NCBI GenBank assembly: GCA_024275255.1
Contig: JAJRZL010000086.1
Span: 1-41,188 of the forward strand
DNA from: Candidatus Zixiibacteriota bacterium
Lineage (GTDB): Bacteria; Zixibacteria; MSB-5A5; GN15; FEB-12
Length of the DNA: 41,188 bases
Direction of reading: 5' to 3'
The notes under the pieces were generated by a model. That model was given only the letters and a program-made list of their open reading frames with translations. It searched no databases and was not told the DNA's origin. Within the stretch, counting starts at the first letter, position 1. Every line of letters starts with the position of its first letter. A program made the translations under genes and the position numbers. Below, piece by piece: positions 28,929-37,629 of the stretch.

Positions 28929-29990
28929 ATGTCGATATTTATAAACAAAAAGACCAAACTGCTTGTCCAGGGAATTACCGGTCGGGATGGTTCTTTCCAT
29001 ACCCAGCAGATGATTAACTACGGGACCAATGTGGTTGGTGGCGTAACTCCTGGAAAAGGCGGTACAAAAGTTGCAGGAGTAGCGGTTTTTAATACTGTTG
29101 AAGAAGCTGTTGCAGAAACGAAAGCAAATGCCTCGGTTATTTATGTTCCCCCGGCATTTGCCGTCGATGCCATTTATGAGGCAGTCGATGCCGGTATCAA
29201 GCTGGTTGTCTGTATTACCGAGGGATTACCTGCCAATGATATGATGAAGGTGTATCCCCATGTAAAAGCAAAAGGCGCCCGGCTCATCGGACCGAATTGC
29301 CCCGGTTTGATTTCTGTGGAGCAGTCCAAGGTCGGTATTATGCCCGGTACAATTGTGAAAAAGGGGAATGTCGGGGTTGTTTCCCGTTCAGGAACCCTTA
29401 CTTATGAGGCTATCTGGGCATTGACAATGGCTGGTATGGGACAAACAACCTGTATCGGAATTGGTGGTGACCAGGTTATCGGAACCAATTTTATTGATGT
29501 GCTGGAGGCATTTGAAGCCGATAAATCTACTAAGGCGATTGTTATGATTGGTGAAATCGGCGGTTCTGATGAAGAAGAAGCGGCGAAGTTTATTAAAAAA
29601 TATGTAACCAAACCGGTAGTCGCCTGTATTGCCGGGCAGACTGCTCCTCCGGGAAAACGGATGGGACATGCCGGAGCGATTATCTCCGGTGGCAGCGGAA
29701 CGGCAAAAGATAAAATAGAAGCCTTGAATAAAGTTGGAGTGCCGGTTGCCGGTTCACCAACTGAGATACCGGTTTTACTGGCGGAGTTGATTAAAAAATC
29801 AAAAAAGAAAGCTGTCAAGCCGGCTGCAAAGAAGACAGCAGCTAAAAAGACCGCAGCTAAGAAAAAAACAGCCCCTAAAAAGAAAACCGCTGCTAAAAAA
29901 CCGGCTAAGAAAAAGGTAACGGCAAAGAAAACGAGAACGACAAAAGTGAAGACAGTCACCAGGAAAAAAATGGCTGCAAAGAAGAAATAA
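28929..29990 (+). CDS. sucD: Succinate--CoA ligase alpha subunit with a 65-aa Lys/Ala-rich C-terminal extension
   Basis: It carries [20 protein letters not shown] and the phosphohistidine loop [10 protein letters not shown]. The canonical SucD ends around aa 288 (...PVLLAELI). The ORF then continues in frame as [46 protein letters not shown]... Confidence 0.9.
   Translation: MSIFINKKTKLLVQGITGRDGSFHTQQMINYGTNVVGGVTPGKGGTKVAGVAVFNTVEEAVAETKANASVIYVPPAFAVDAIYEAVDAGIKLVVCITEGLPANDMMKVYPHVKAKGARLIGPNCPGLISVEQSKVGIMPGTIVKKGNVGVVSRSGTLTYEAIWALTMAGMGQTTCIGIGGDQVIGTNFIDVLEAFEADKSTKAIVMIGEIGGSDEEEAAKFIKKYVTKPVVACIAGQTAPPGKRMGHAGAIISGGSGTAKDKIEALNKVGVPVAGSPTEIPVLLAELIKKSKKKAVKPAAKKTAAKKTAAKKKTAPKKKTAAKKPAKKKVTAKKTRTTKVKTVTRKKMAAKKK
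29793..29987 (+). repeat. Low-complexity AAKK(T)/PKKK coding repeat (histone-H1-like tail of SucD)
   Basis: There are degenerate 12-15-nt repeats (gcagctaaaaagacc / gcagctaagaaaaaaaca / gctgctaaaaaaccg). They encode about 50% Lys and 20% Ala, with no acidic residues. Confidence 0.8.
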
Positions 29991-29995
29991 ATAAC

Positions 29996-30027
29996 CGACG
30001 GCAACACCAATGATTGTCCGTCGTTTT
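29996..30027 (+). terminator. Possible weak terminator/attenuator hairpin between sucD and korD
   Basis: CGACGG...CCGTCG forms a 6 bp stem, extendable with a bulge, followed by TTTTG. It may only attenuate, since korD starts 27 nt later. Confidence 0.35.
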
Positions 30028-30053
30028 GATACTGATAACGTCGAGGAAGAACT

Positions 30054-30323
30054 ATGAGTGCATCAAACGATGCAGCAGGCAAAGAAACAACGAAACCTGC
30101 CGCTCGAAAAAGTAAGTATGATTATTCAAAAGGTCCTGCACCTTTGAATATCAACTTGAGCTGGTGCAAAGCATGCAATATCTGCATTTCGCTGTGTCCC
30201 CAGCATGTTTTTGAGCCAGATCAGGATGGAAAACCCACCCTGGCCCGGCCTGATAACTGTACCCAGTGTACTATATGCTGGATATATTGTCCCGACTTTG
30301 CAATAACTTCGAACTACAAATGA
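30054..30323 (+). CDS. korD: 2-oxoacid:ferredoxin oxidoreductase delta subunit (2x[4Fe-4S] ferredoxin)
   Basis: It is 89 aa with two CxxCxxCxxxCP motifs (CKACNICISLCP, CTQCTICWIYCP). It lies directly upstream of the alpha, beta and gamma subunits. Confidence 0.75.
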   Translation: MSASNDAAGKETTKPAARKSKYDYSKGPAPLNINLSWCKACNICISLCPQHVFEPDQDGKPTLARPDNCTQCTICWIYCPDFAITSNYK

Positions 30324-30338
30324 CGAGGGACTGGTAGC

Positions 30339-31475
30339 ATGGCTAAAGAAAACAGACAATTGTTGCAAGGCAATGCCGCCTGTGTACAGGGAGCGCTGTA
30401 TGCCGGAATGCGGTTTTTTGCCGGATATCCTATTACTCCTTCTACTGAAATTGCCGAAGGAAGTGCGCGGGAATTGCCCAAGTTGGGTGGGAAATTTATC
30501 CAGATGGAAGATGAGCTGGGCTCGATAGCTGCTATAATCGGTGCATCGGTGTCAGGGGCAAAAGCCATGACCGGCACATCCGGTCCCGGGTATTCATTGA
30601 TGCTTGAAAATATCGGCTATGCCTTTATGACGGAAGTGCCGGTCGTTGTGGTCAATGTGCAGCGCGGTGGTCCTTCAACCGGTTTGCCGACAAAAGTCAG
30701 CCAGTCGGATACAATGCAAGCGCGCTGGGGGACCCATGGTGATTACTCTTCCATTACTGTCGCTCCCTCGACTGTTGGGGATACTTTGACAGAGACAATC
30801 CGGGCGTTCAATCTGGCGGAACGGTTTCGGACTCCAGTGACCATACTACTTGATGAAGTGATTGCTCACTCACGTGAAATCATTCGAATCCCGGAACCGG
30901 GTGAGTATGAAGTCATTGATCGGGTGAAACCGACTTGTCCTCCCGAAGAATATCTACCATACGAGATTACCGAAAATTATGTAACCCCTATGCCTGCGTA
31001 TGGCGAGGGATACCGCTATCATATTACGGGTTTGACTCATGACCAGCATGGGTTCCCGACTAATAAACCCAGCGAGATTATCGTAAAACTTGATAAGCTC
31101 AAAAAGAAAATCGAAAACTATAAAGATGAAATCACGAAGATTCGTGTTGAAATGATGGATGATGCCGAAATCGCCATTATTTCATACGGCTCGGTTTCTC
31201 GTGCCGCTCTGCAGGCAACCATGCTTGCCCGGGAGGCAGGCGTGAAAGTCGGCTGTATTCAGCTTTATACTATCTGGCCCTTCCCGGAGAAGGAGTTGTT
31301 GGAGCTGTGCGGCAAGTGCCAAAAAGTAATTGTCGGTGAATTGAACATGGGACAGATTGTTCATGAAGTCGAGCGTATCTTACCTCGTGATATATCTATC
31401 AATACGATACAGAGATATGATGGCGAGATACTGACGCCGGTGCAAATTCTGGAAAAACTCGAGGAGGTGTTATAA
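30339..31475 (+). CDS. korA: 2-oxoglutarate (2-oxoacid):ferredoxin oxidoreductase alpha subunit
   Basis: It is 378 aa and carries LQGNAACVQGALYAGMRFFAGYPITPSTEI, typical of KorA/PorA. Specificity for 2-oxoglutarate is inferred only from adjacency to sucCD. Confidence 0.85.
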   Translation: MAKENRQLLQGNAACVQGALYAGMRFFAGYPITPSTEIAEGSARELPKLGGKFIQMEDELGSIAAIIGASVSGAKAMTGTSGPGYSLMLENIGYAFMTEVPVVVVNVQRGGPSTGLPTKVSQSDTMQARWGTHGDYSSITVAPSTVGDTLTETIRAFNLAERFRTPVTILLDEVIAHSREIIRIPEPGEYEVIDRVKPTCPPEEYLPYEITENYVTPMPAYGEGYRYHITGLTHDQHGFPTNKPSEIIVKLDKLKKKIENYKDEITKIRVEMMDDAEIAIISYGSVSRAALQATMLAREAGVKVGCIQLYTIWPFPEKELLELCGKCQKVIVGELNMGQIVHEVERILPRDISINTIQRYDGEILTPVQILEKLEEVL

Positions 31476-32329
31476 TGGCGACTGTAACGGAAAAGAAAGC
31501 TCCGAAACAGAAATCTGATGTAACCCTCCATTATCTTCGTCCCGGGAAAAAGTTCCCGAATGTCTGGTGTCCCGGTTGTGGGATTGGGATTGTGATGGGA
31601 GCATACATCCGGGCGTTGGATAAGCTGGGATGGGACAGGAATAAAGTGGCTATGGTTTCCGGAATCGGGTGCAGTAGCCGTATGCCGGTATATCTTGATT
31701 TTCATGCGCTTCATACTACTCATGGGCGGGCGTTGCCGTTTGCAACAGGTGTGAAGTTCAATCGCCCTGATATGAACGTTGTGGTCATTACTGGTGATGG
31801 AGATGCGCTTGCAATCGGCGGTAACCACTTTATCCACGCTTGTCGTCGGAATATCAATATTACTGTTATTCTTATTAACAACAATATCTATGGTATGACT
31901 GGTGGACAGGGCTCACCAACTACACCGAGTCATTCTTACTCGACTACAACTCCATACGGTAATGCCGAAAAACATTTTGACCCATGTACACTTGCCAAAG
32001 CAGCGGGCGCAACTTTTGTCGCTCGCGGTACAGTTGCCAATGTTCCTCAATTAGAGAAACTGGCTTCCCAGGCATTGCAACATCATGGTTTCTCATTACT
32101 GGAAGTAGTGACCAACTGCCATACGTATTATGGTCGTCTGAACCGTATGGGAGATGCGGTAACCATGATTCAAAAATTCAAAGAAGATGCCGTAATGCTT
32201 GGAAAGGCAAAGAAAATGACACCCGAAGAGCTTGAAGGCAAGTTTATCGTTGGTGTGCTGCATGAAGAAGAAAAAACAGAGTTCTGCGATGTCTATGATC
32301 AGGTCGTAGAACATGTGAGTCCGAAGTGA
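31475..32329 (+). CDS. korB: 2-oxoacid:ferredoxin oxidoreductase beta subunit (TPP-binding)
   Basis: It is 284 aa. It carries WCPGCG, the TPP motif GDGDALAIGGNH...NNNIYGMTGGQ, and a one-base overlap with the korA stop (TAATG). Confidence 0.85.
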   Translation: MATVTEKKAPKQKSDVTLHYLRPGKKFPNVWCPGCGIGIVMGAYIRALDKLGWDRNKVAMVSGIGCSSRMPVYLDFHALHTTHGRALPFATGVKFNRPDMNVVVITGDGDALAIGGNHFIHACRRNINITVILINNNIYGMTGGQGSPTTPSHSYSTTTPYGNAEKHFDPCTLAKAAGATFVARGTVANVPQLEKLASQALQHHGFSLLEVVTNCHTYYGRLNRMGDAVTMIQKFKEDAVMLGKAKKMTPEELEGKFIVGVLHEEEKTEFCDVYDQVVEHVSPK

Positions 32330-32337
32330 GGAATACT

Positions 32338-32913
32338 ATGGCACATAAGATTCTTGATAAAATCCAACTCCCGTCCGACCGCTTTGAAATGCGTCTCTCC
32401 GGTTCTGGCGGGCAGGGAATGATTTTTGCCTCGGTGGTTTTAAGCAAAGCGATCGGGATGAACTCGAATAAAAGTGTGGTTCAGAGTCAATCGTATGGTC
32501 CCGAGGCTCGTGGCGGAGCATCGAAAGCGGATGTCGTGGTGTCGGATAATGAAATTTATTATCCCAAAGCGATGAAGCTCGACCTGCTTCTGGCGATGAC
32601 ACAGGAAGCGCTTGACAAGTATTATCCCGATTTGAAAGAGAACGGGATGCTAATTGTTGATTCTTCACTGGTGCACAATGTCCCCGATGTGGAGCATTAT
32701 GCGTTTGAGTTTACTCACATGGCGCGGAATCAGATTGGTCATATCATGGTTGCCAATGTTATTGCGCTGGGTGCTATTGCTGCGTTGACCGGTCTTGTTA
32801 CCAAGGAAAAGCTGACGGAGATAGTTTTGCAACATGCCCCTCGTGGGACCGAGGAGAAAAACCGCAATGCTGTCGAACTTGGCTACAACGAAGCTTTGAA
32901 AGCAAAAAAATAA
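32338..32913 (+). CDS. korG: 2-oxoacid:ferredoxin oxidoreductase gamma subunit
   Basis: It carries the pattern RLSGSGGQGMI....L and SYGPEARGG. The tracked ORF starts at GTG 32326. ATG 32338, preceded by GAGGA, is preferred. Confidence 0.8.
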   Translation: MAHKILDKIQLPSDRFEMRLSGSGGQGMIFASVVLSKAIGMNSNKSVVQSQSYGPEARGGASKADVVVSDNEIYYPKAMKLDLLLAMTQEALDKYYPDLKENGMLIVDSSLVHNVPDVEHYAFEFTHMARNQIGHIMVANVIALGAIAALTGLVTKEKLTEIVLQHAPRGTEEKNRNAVELGYNEALKAKK

Positions 32914-32935
32914 CGAAAGTAGAAAAGGAGATATC

Positions 32936-33343
32936 TTGAGCAGGACATTATTAATCATCAAACCGGATGCTACGGAACGCCACTTAATCGGTCATATCAT
33001 CAACAGGCTGGAAAAAGCACACTTTACAATACGTGAAATGCGTATGGTCCGTTTAACAACGGAAGATGCCCGGAAGTTTTATGCCGTTCATAAGGAACGC
33101 CCGTTTTATAATTCGCTGGTGGAATTTATGACTTCCGGACCGGTCGTACCGATTATGCTAGAAAAGGAAAACGCCGTTGCGGATTTACGGACCCTGGTCG
33201 GTGCGACCAATCCTGAAGAAGCGGTGTGCGGGAGCATCCGTAATGAAATCGGTCTGAATGTGGAGAAGAACTCGGTCCATGCTTCCGATTCTGATGAAAA
33301 TGCTGCCATAGAGCTTTCCTTTTTTTTCGATGAATCGCAGTAA
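32936..33343 (+). CDS. ndk: Nucleoside diphosphate kinase
   Basis: It is 135 aa. It carries RTLLIIKPDA, the active-site NSVHASDS, and a TTG start preceded by AAGGAG. Confidence 0.95.
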   Translation: MSRTLLIIKPDATERHLIGHIINRLEKAHFTIREMRMVRLTTEDARKFYAVHKERPFYNSLVEFMTSGPVVPIMLEKENAVADLRTLVGATNPEEAVCGSIRNEIGLNVEKNSVHASDSDENAAIELSFFFDESQ

Positions 33344-33360
33344 CGCATCATCGAGAGGAT

Positions 33361-34581
33361 ATGAAGATTGATGTAGCGTATGCGGATAACAGGTTAATTC
33401 TGGATATTCCTGACAAGTTCAGGGTCGATATATATTCACCGCGCCTGTTTGAAACTGCCATTACATTCGATATGTTCCGGCAGGAGTTTCTTCCTGCCGG
33501 AGAATATATTCTCAAACATGAATCTCCATTAATTATTGTCAACGACGGGTATCGCCATACCCCCACAGAAATTATTCTCAGCTGGCTTGACCGACTTGAC
33601 AGCAGCTTCCTTGACAAGGCTGCTTTTCTTATTTCAACCGGCACCCATAAAGCCCCGACAGTAGAACATTACCAAAAGATATTTGGTCGTTATTATGACA
33701 GGGTGCGGGAGCGTATTCATTACCACGATGCCACTGATTATAGCAGCATGGTAGAACTGGGCAAGGACCGTTTTGCGCAACCGGTATGGATAAACCGGAA
33801 GGTGGTCAACAGGGGAGGGGTTCTTATTCTGGGATCGGTGGAACCACATTACTTTGCCGGTTACACTGGCGGCAGGAAATCATTATTCCCGGGATTAACC
33901 GACATTGCAACCGTAGCCCGCAATCATAATATGGCGGTTTCGCTCGATGCTATGCCGTTGAAACTGGCTGGCAACCCGGTGGCTGAGCATCTTGATGAAT
34001 TAATGCAATTTCTGGATATGCAAAATTATTTTTCAATCCAGATTGTGCAGGATGCAAGCATGAAAATAACCGGCTGTTTTTGTGGAGAAATGCACGAAGC
34101 GTTCAATAAAGCGGTGGAGCTGGCGAAACAGGTCTATGCCTACACCGTACCGGACCAATACGAATTGATTATTGCTGAAATGCTTCCACCTCTGGACAGG
34201 AATTTGTATCAGCTGCAAAAAGGGCTGGAGAATTGTCAACAGGCAGTGAAAGATGGCGGCACGATTGTACTCATTTCTGCTTGTGTGGAAGGTATCGGGT
34301 CCACCCATTTTTACCAGCTGGCAGAAAACTGGGACAAAATCAGGAATAAACCTCGTGACGGGCAATTGAAATTCGGTTCGCATAAGCTTTCGCGGGTCGT
34401 GGATATTTCACACCGTATTGCAGTTCGGCTCTTTTCTACATTAAAAGGTGAAGATGTCCGACATGTTTTTTACGAACCGCTTGACAATCCACAAATTTTT
34501 TTATACTCAATCAGTTCGGAATGTGAAAATTATAACATAGCCGTGGTCCATGATGCCGGTCATACGGTACTGACCACATAA
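33361..34581 (+). CDS. LarA-family (DUF2088) nickel-pincer-cofactor-dependent 2-hydroxyacid racemase/epimerase homologue
   Basis: It is 406 aa. The following line up with a constant ~11-residue offset to the L. plantarum LarA residues as I recall them:
- VNDGYRHTP: Asp72/Arg75.
- STGTH: His108.
- GSVEPHYFAGYTGGRKSLFPG: His174 and the NPN-tethering Lys184.
- ARNH: His200.
- YQLQK: Tyr294/Gln295/Lys298. Confidence 0.75.
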   Translation: MKIDVAYADNRLILDIPDKFRVDIYSPRLFETAITFDMFRQEFLPAGEYILKHESPLIIVNDGYRHTPTEIILSWLDRLDSSFLDKAAFLISTGTHKAPTVEHYQKIFGRYYDRVRERIHYHDATDYSSMVELGKDRFAQPVWINRKVVNRGGVLILGSVEPHYFAGYTGGRKSLFPGLTDIATVARNHNMAVSLDAMPLKLAGNPVAEHLDELMQFLDMQNYFSIQIVQDASMKITGCFCGEMHEAFNKAVELAKQVYAYTVPDQYELIIAEMLPPLDRNLYQLQKGLENCQQAVKDGGTIVLISACVEGIGSTHFYQLAENWDKIRNKPRDGQLKFGSHKLSRVVDISHRIAVRLFSTLKGEDVRHVFYEPLDNPQIFLYSISSECENYNIAVVHDAGHTVLTT

Positions 34582-34616
34582 ATAACGCACCAAGGGTGCA
34601 TGGCAGTGGAGGTTGT

Positions 34617-35546
34617 ATGAATAAGAAGATAGCGGTTATCGGTGCTGGTCATGTGGGCGCGACATGCTCCATGTATCTGGCGGAAGCCAATCTGGCTGAT
34701 ATTGTCATGGTTGACATTATCGAAGGTGTCCCACAGGGGAAAGGTCTTGATCTGACGGAAGCCGGGCCGGTTCGTGGCTACAATGCAAAAGTGTTCGGAA
34801 CAAATAAAATGTCAGACATTAAAGGTGCTGATATTGTTATTATGACCGCTGGTCTTCCTCGTAAACCTGGTATGTCTCGTGAAGATCTCCTGAGCAAAAA
34901 CGCCGATATCATTGCTTCGGTGGCAGGGAGTATCAAAAAATATGCCCCCAAAAGCTTTGTTATCGTTGTGTCCAATCCACTTGACCTGATGACATACCAC
35001 ATGCAAAAGAAAACCGGGTTCCCCAAAAATCGTGTTCTCGGACAGGCGGGAGTGCTTGACTCTACCCGTATGCGGGCGTTTGTGGCGATGGAGCTTGATG
35101 TCGCTATGACTGATGTGCAGGCGATGGTCCTTGGTGGTCATGGTGATACGATGGTGCCGTTACCGCGTTATACAACTGTTGCCGGTATTCCCATTGGTGA
35201 GCTGATTCCAAAAGACAGAATTAAGGAAATCAGCAAACGCACCGCGGTTGGTGGCGGTGAAATCGTGAAACTGCTAAAAACCGGTTCGGCATATTATGCC
35301 CCGGCAGCGGCAACAGTTGATATGTGCCGCGCCATTTTCTGCGATGAAAAGAAAGTTCTGCCGGCATCGGCATACCTGACCGGCCAATACGGAATCAAAG
35401 ACATTTATATTGGTGTTCCGATTGTCCTGGGTGCGAAAGGTGTGGAGCGGATTCTTGAATTGAAACTGACTAAGGGTGAGTTGAAATCTCTTCAGAAATC
35501 TGCTGCAACATATAAAAAGCATTTGGAATTTCTTGGATACAAATAA
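34617..35546 (+). CDS. mdh: Malate dehydrogenase (LDH-like MDH family)
   Basis: It carries KIAVIGAGHVGA and GLPRKPGMSREDLL, where the Arg is typical of MDH specificity. The catalytic GGHGD is present. ATG 34617, preceded by GGAGG, is preferred over the tracked GTG 34596. Confidence 0.9.
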   Translation: MNKKIAVIGAGHVGATCSMYLAEANLADIVMVDIIEGVPQGKGLDLTEAGPVRGYNAKVFGTNKMSDIKGADIVIMTAGLPRKPGMSREDLLSKNADIIASVAGSIKKYAPKSFVIVVSNPLDLMTYHMQKKTGFPKNRVLGQAGVLDSTRMRAFVAMELDVAMTDVQAMVLGGHGDTMVPLPRYTTVAGIPIGELIPKDRIKEISKRTAVGGGEIVKLLKTGSAYYAPAAATVDMCRAIFCDEKKVLPASAYLTGQYGIKDIYIGVPIVLGAKGVERILELKLTKGELKSLQKSAATYKKHLEFLGYK

Positions 35547-35640
35547 GCAAAGGAATCATAACCGGTGTAGAATCGTGATATTTTGATTGCCGGGAATAGA
35601 TATGACAGCTTATATGGATAATGTATAAATAGGAGTGAGT

Positions 35641-36885
35641 ATGCCAAAACTGCAACACATTGTGGTTCCTAAAGACGGCAAACCGATAACCGTCAAAAAC
35701 AAGAAACTGAAAATTCCCAACAACCCGATTATTCCGGTAATTGAAGGTGACGGGATTGGCAGAGATATTATGAAAGCAACCCGGCGGGTCGTGGATGCTG
35801 CGGTTGAAAAAGCATTCAAGGACAAAAAACGTATTGCCTGGATGGATGTATATGCCGGTGAAAAAGCATTTGAACTGTACAAGGAGTGGCTCCCGCAGGA
35901 AACAGTCAATGCCATTAAAAAGTATGTCGTTGCCTTGAAAGGTCCGTTGACCACTCCGGTTGGTGGGGGATTTCGGTCCCTCAATGTCAGCTTGCGACAG
36001 ATTTTGAACCTGTATGCCTGTGTCCGTCCGGTCAGTTACTTTAAGGGGGTCGGTTCTCCGGTCGTGCATCCTGAAAAGATGGATGTGGTTATTTTCCGTG
36101 AAAACACGGAAGATGTCTATGCCGGTATCGAGTGGCGTAAAGGTACGAAAGAAGCTAAGAAAGTTATTTCCTGGCTGAACAAAACCATGAAAACCAATAT
36201 CCGTGCTGACAGCGGTATCGGGATTAAGCCAATTTCGGTAACAGGAACAAAGAGACTGGTGCGGAAGGCTATCCAGTATGCTATTGATCGGAAACGGGCA
36301 TCGGTAACGCTCGTTCATAAAGGTAATATTATGAAATATACCGAGGGAGCGTTCCGCGATTGGGGATACCAGGTTGCTGTAAAAGAGTTCCGCAATAAGG
36401 TCATAACCGAGGATGAGCTCTGGAGTAAATACAAAGGCAAAATGCCCAAGGGGAAGATTCTCATCAAGGACCGTATTGCCGACTCCATGTTCCAGCAGAT
36501 TCTCACCCGGACCGATGAGTATGATGTCATTGCGACACCGAATCTCAATGGTGACTACCTCTCCGATGCCTGTGCTGCCCAGGTCGGCGGTTTGGGGATG
36601 GCTCCGGGAGCGAATATCGGTGACTATATCGGTCTGTTTGAGGCAACTCACGGGACTGCTCCGAAATATGCCGATAAAGATGTCATTAACCCCGGTTCAC
36701 TGATTTTGTCTGCCTGTATGATGCTTGAATATCTTGGCTGGGATAAGGCTTCTGATATGATTAAAAAGGCTGTTCAGAAGACGATAAATCAGAAAACGGT
36801 AACCTATGACCTGCATCGGCAGATGAAAGGTGCCAAAAAAGTCGGTACCTCACAGTATGCGACTCATATTATCAAGAACCTATAA
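35641..36885 (+). CDS. icd: NADP-dependent isocitrate dehydrogenase (homodimeric, E. coli Icd type)
   Basis: It is about 414 aa. It carries [22 protein letters not shown] (the Ser113-equivalent region), NLNGDYLSD and GTAPKYA. ATG 35641, preceded by AGGAG, is preferred over GTG 35635. Confidence 0.95.
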   Translation: MPKLQHIVVPKDGKPITVKNKKLKIPNNPIIPVIEGDGIGRDIMKATRRVVDAAVEKAFKDKKRIAWMDVYAGEKAFELYKEWLPQETVNAIKKYVVALKGPLTTPVGGGFRSLNVSLRQILNLYACVRPVSYFKGVGSPVVHPEKMDVVIFRENTEDVYAGIEWRKGTKEAKKVISWLNKTMKTNIRADSGIGIKPISVTGTKRLVRKAIQYAIDRKRASVTLVHKGNIMKYTEGAFRDWGYQVAVKEFRNKVITEDELWSKYKGKMPKGKILIKDRIADSMFQQILTRTDEYDVIATPNLNGDYLSDACAAQVGGLGMAPGANIGDYIGLFEATHGTAPKYADKDVINPGSLILSACMMLEYLGWDKASDMIKKAVQKTINQKTVTYDLHRQMKGAKKVGTSQYATHIIKNL

Positions 36886-36934
36886 GTAGCCTTGATCTTA
36901 TAGTGTGTTCCCATGTAAAAGTGGGGATAGAGAG

Positions 36935-36960
36935 AAGGGAGGGTCCAGCCCTCCCTTTTT
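36935..36960 (+). terminator. Strong intrinsic terminator after icd
   Basis: AAGGGAGGG-tccag-CCCTCCCTT is followed by TTTTT. It lies 50 nt after the icd stop and probably ends the long plus-strand TCA transcription unit. Confidence 0.7.
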
Positions 36961-37113
36961 ACCTGTGAAATTCATTGGAATATCATATATTTGTCTTGAC
37001 AGGTTGCGGTTTCTTGATTCATTGGCAAAAAAACCTGTTGTTTTTTTATTTTTTATAAACTGGGTCGTTGTTTATTAGTATAATAAACTAAGTATGCAAA
37101 ATGAAAGTGGATA

Positions 37114-37629
37114 ATGATTAGGCAAGCAATTATAATACTTATACTTTCGGCAGTTCTGGGATTATGTGTTAATGCCATACTTCCGAATAAAATCCCATAT
37201 ATCGGAAAATATCGTTCGATTTCATCCGGGAATGAGCCTATTATCCCTCCCAATGCTGATGAAAATGACCCTCCCTTTATAGCTCTCGACCTTGCGGAAT
37301 TAGAGTTCAACCAGGGAGATGCTATTTTTGTCGATGCCCGCGATCCTGCGGAATTTGAGTGTGGTACTATACCGGGAGCCATTAATGTCCCATTGGATTA
37401 TCTCCCTGAGGGCGATTTGGCGGTCTATTTTGATTCTGTGTTTGCCGGAGTTCCCAAAGATACCAAGATTATTACCTTCTGTTCCGGTGATGAGTGTGAT
37501 TTGTCTTTGCATCTGGCACGAAACCTTCAGGCTTTCGGTTATACGAATATCTCTATTTTCTTTGGAGGATACCGGGAATGGGAGAAATTTGGATTGCAGG
37601 TTGAAAGGAGAAAGCAATGCGGCGGATAA
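37114..37629 (+). CDS. Membrane-anchored rhodanese-domain protein (active-site loop CSGDEC)
   Basis: It is 171 aa with an N-terminal TM helix (IIILILSAVLGLCVNAIL). The rhodanese core is present (FVDARDPAEFECGTIPGAINVP...ITFCSGDECDLS...GGYREW). The conserved Arg of the classical CxxGxR loop is absent. Confidence 0.72.
   Translation: MIRQAIIILILSAVLGLCVNAILPNKIPYIGKYRSISSGNEPIIPPNADENDPPFIALDLAELEFNQGDAIFVDARDPAEFECGTIPGAINVPLDYLPEGDLAVYFDSVFAGVPKDTKIITFCSGDECDLSLHLARNLQAFGYTNISIFFGGYREWEKFGLQVERRKQCGG

Noticed and set aside
29402-30082. A 226-aa minus-strand ORF with striking FFLAAVFF repeats that looks like a multi-TM protein
   Set aside because: It is the reverse complement of the SucD core plus its AAKK-repeat tail. 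AAG/AAA/GCN codons read backwards give Phe/Leu/Ala. The pseudo-TM repeats are a mirror image of the Lys/Ala tail, not an independent gene.
35470-36651. A 393-aa ORF on the minus strand, antisense to icd and reaching into the mdh 3' end
   Set aside because: Its codons are exactly phase-aligned with the icd codons. It therefore stays open only because icd avoids TTA, CTA and TCA codons. icd itself is unmistakable. The antisense translation is low-information (many I/F/R/N/P runs) with no recognisable motif, signal or SD/start context. It is a shadow ORF.
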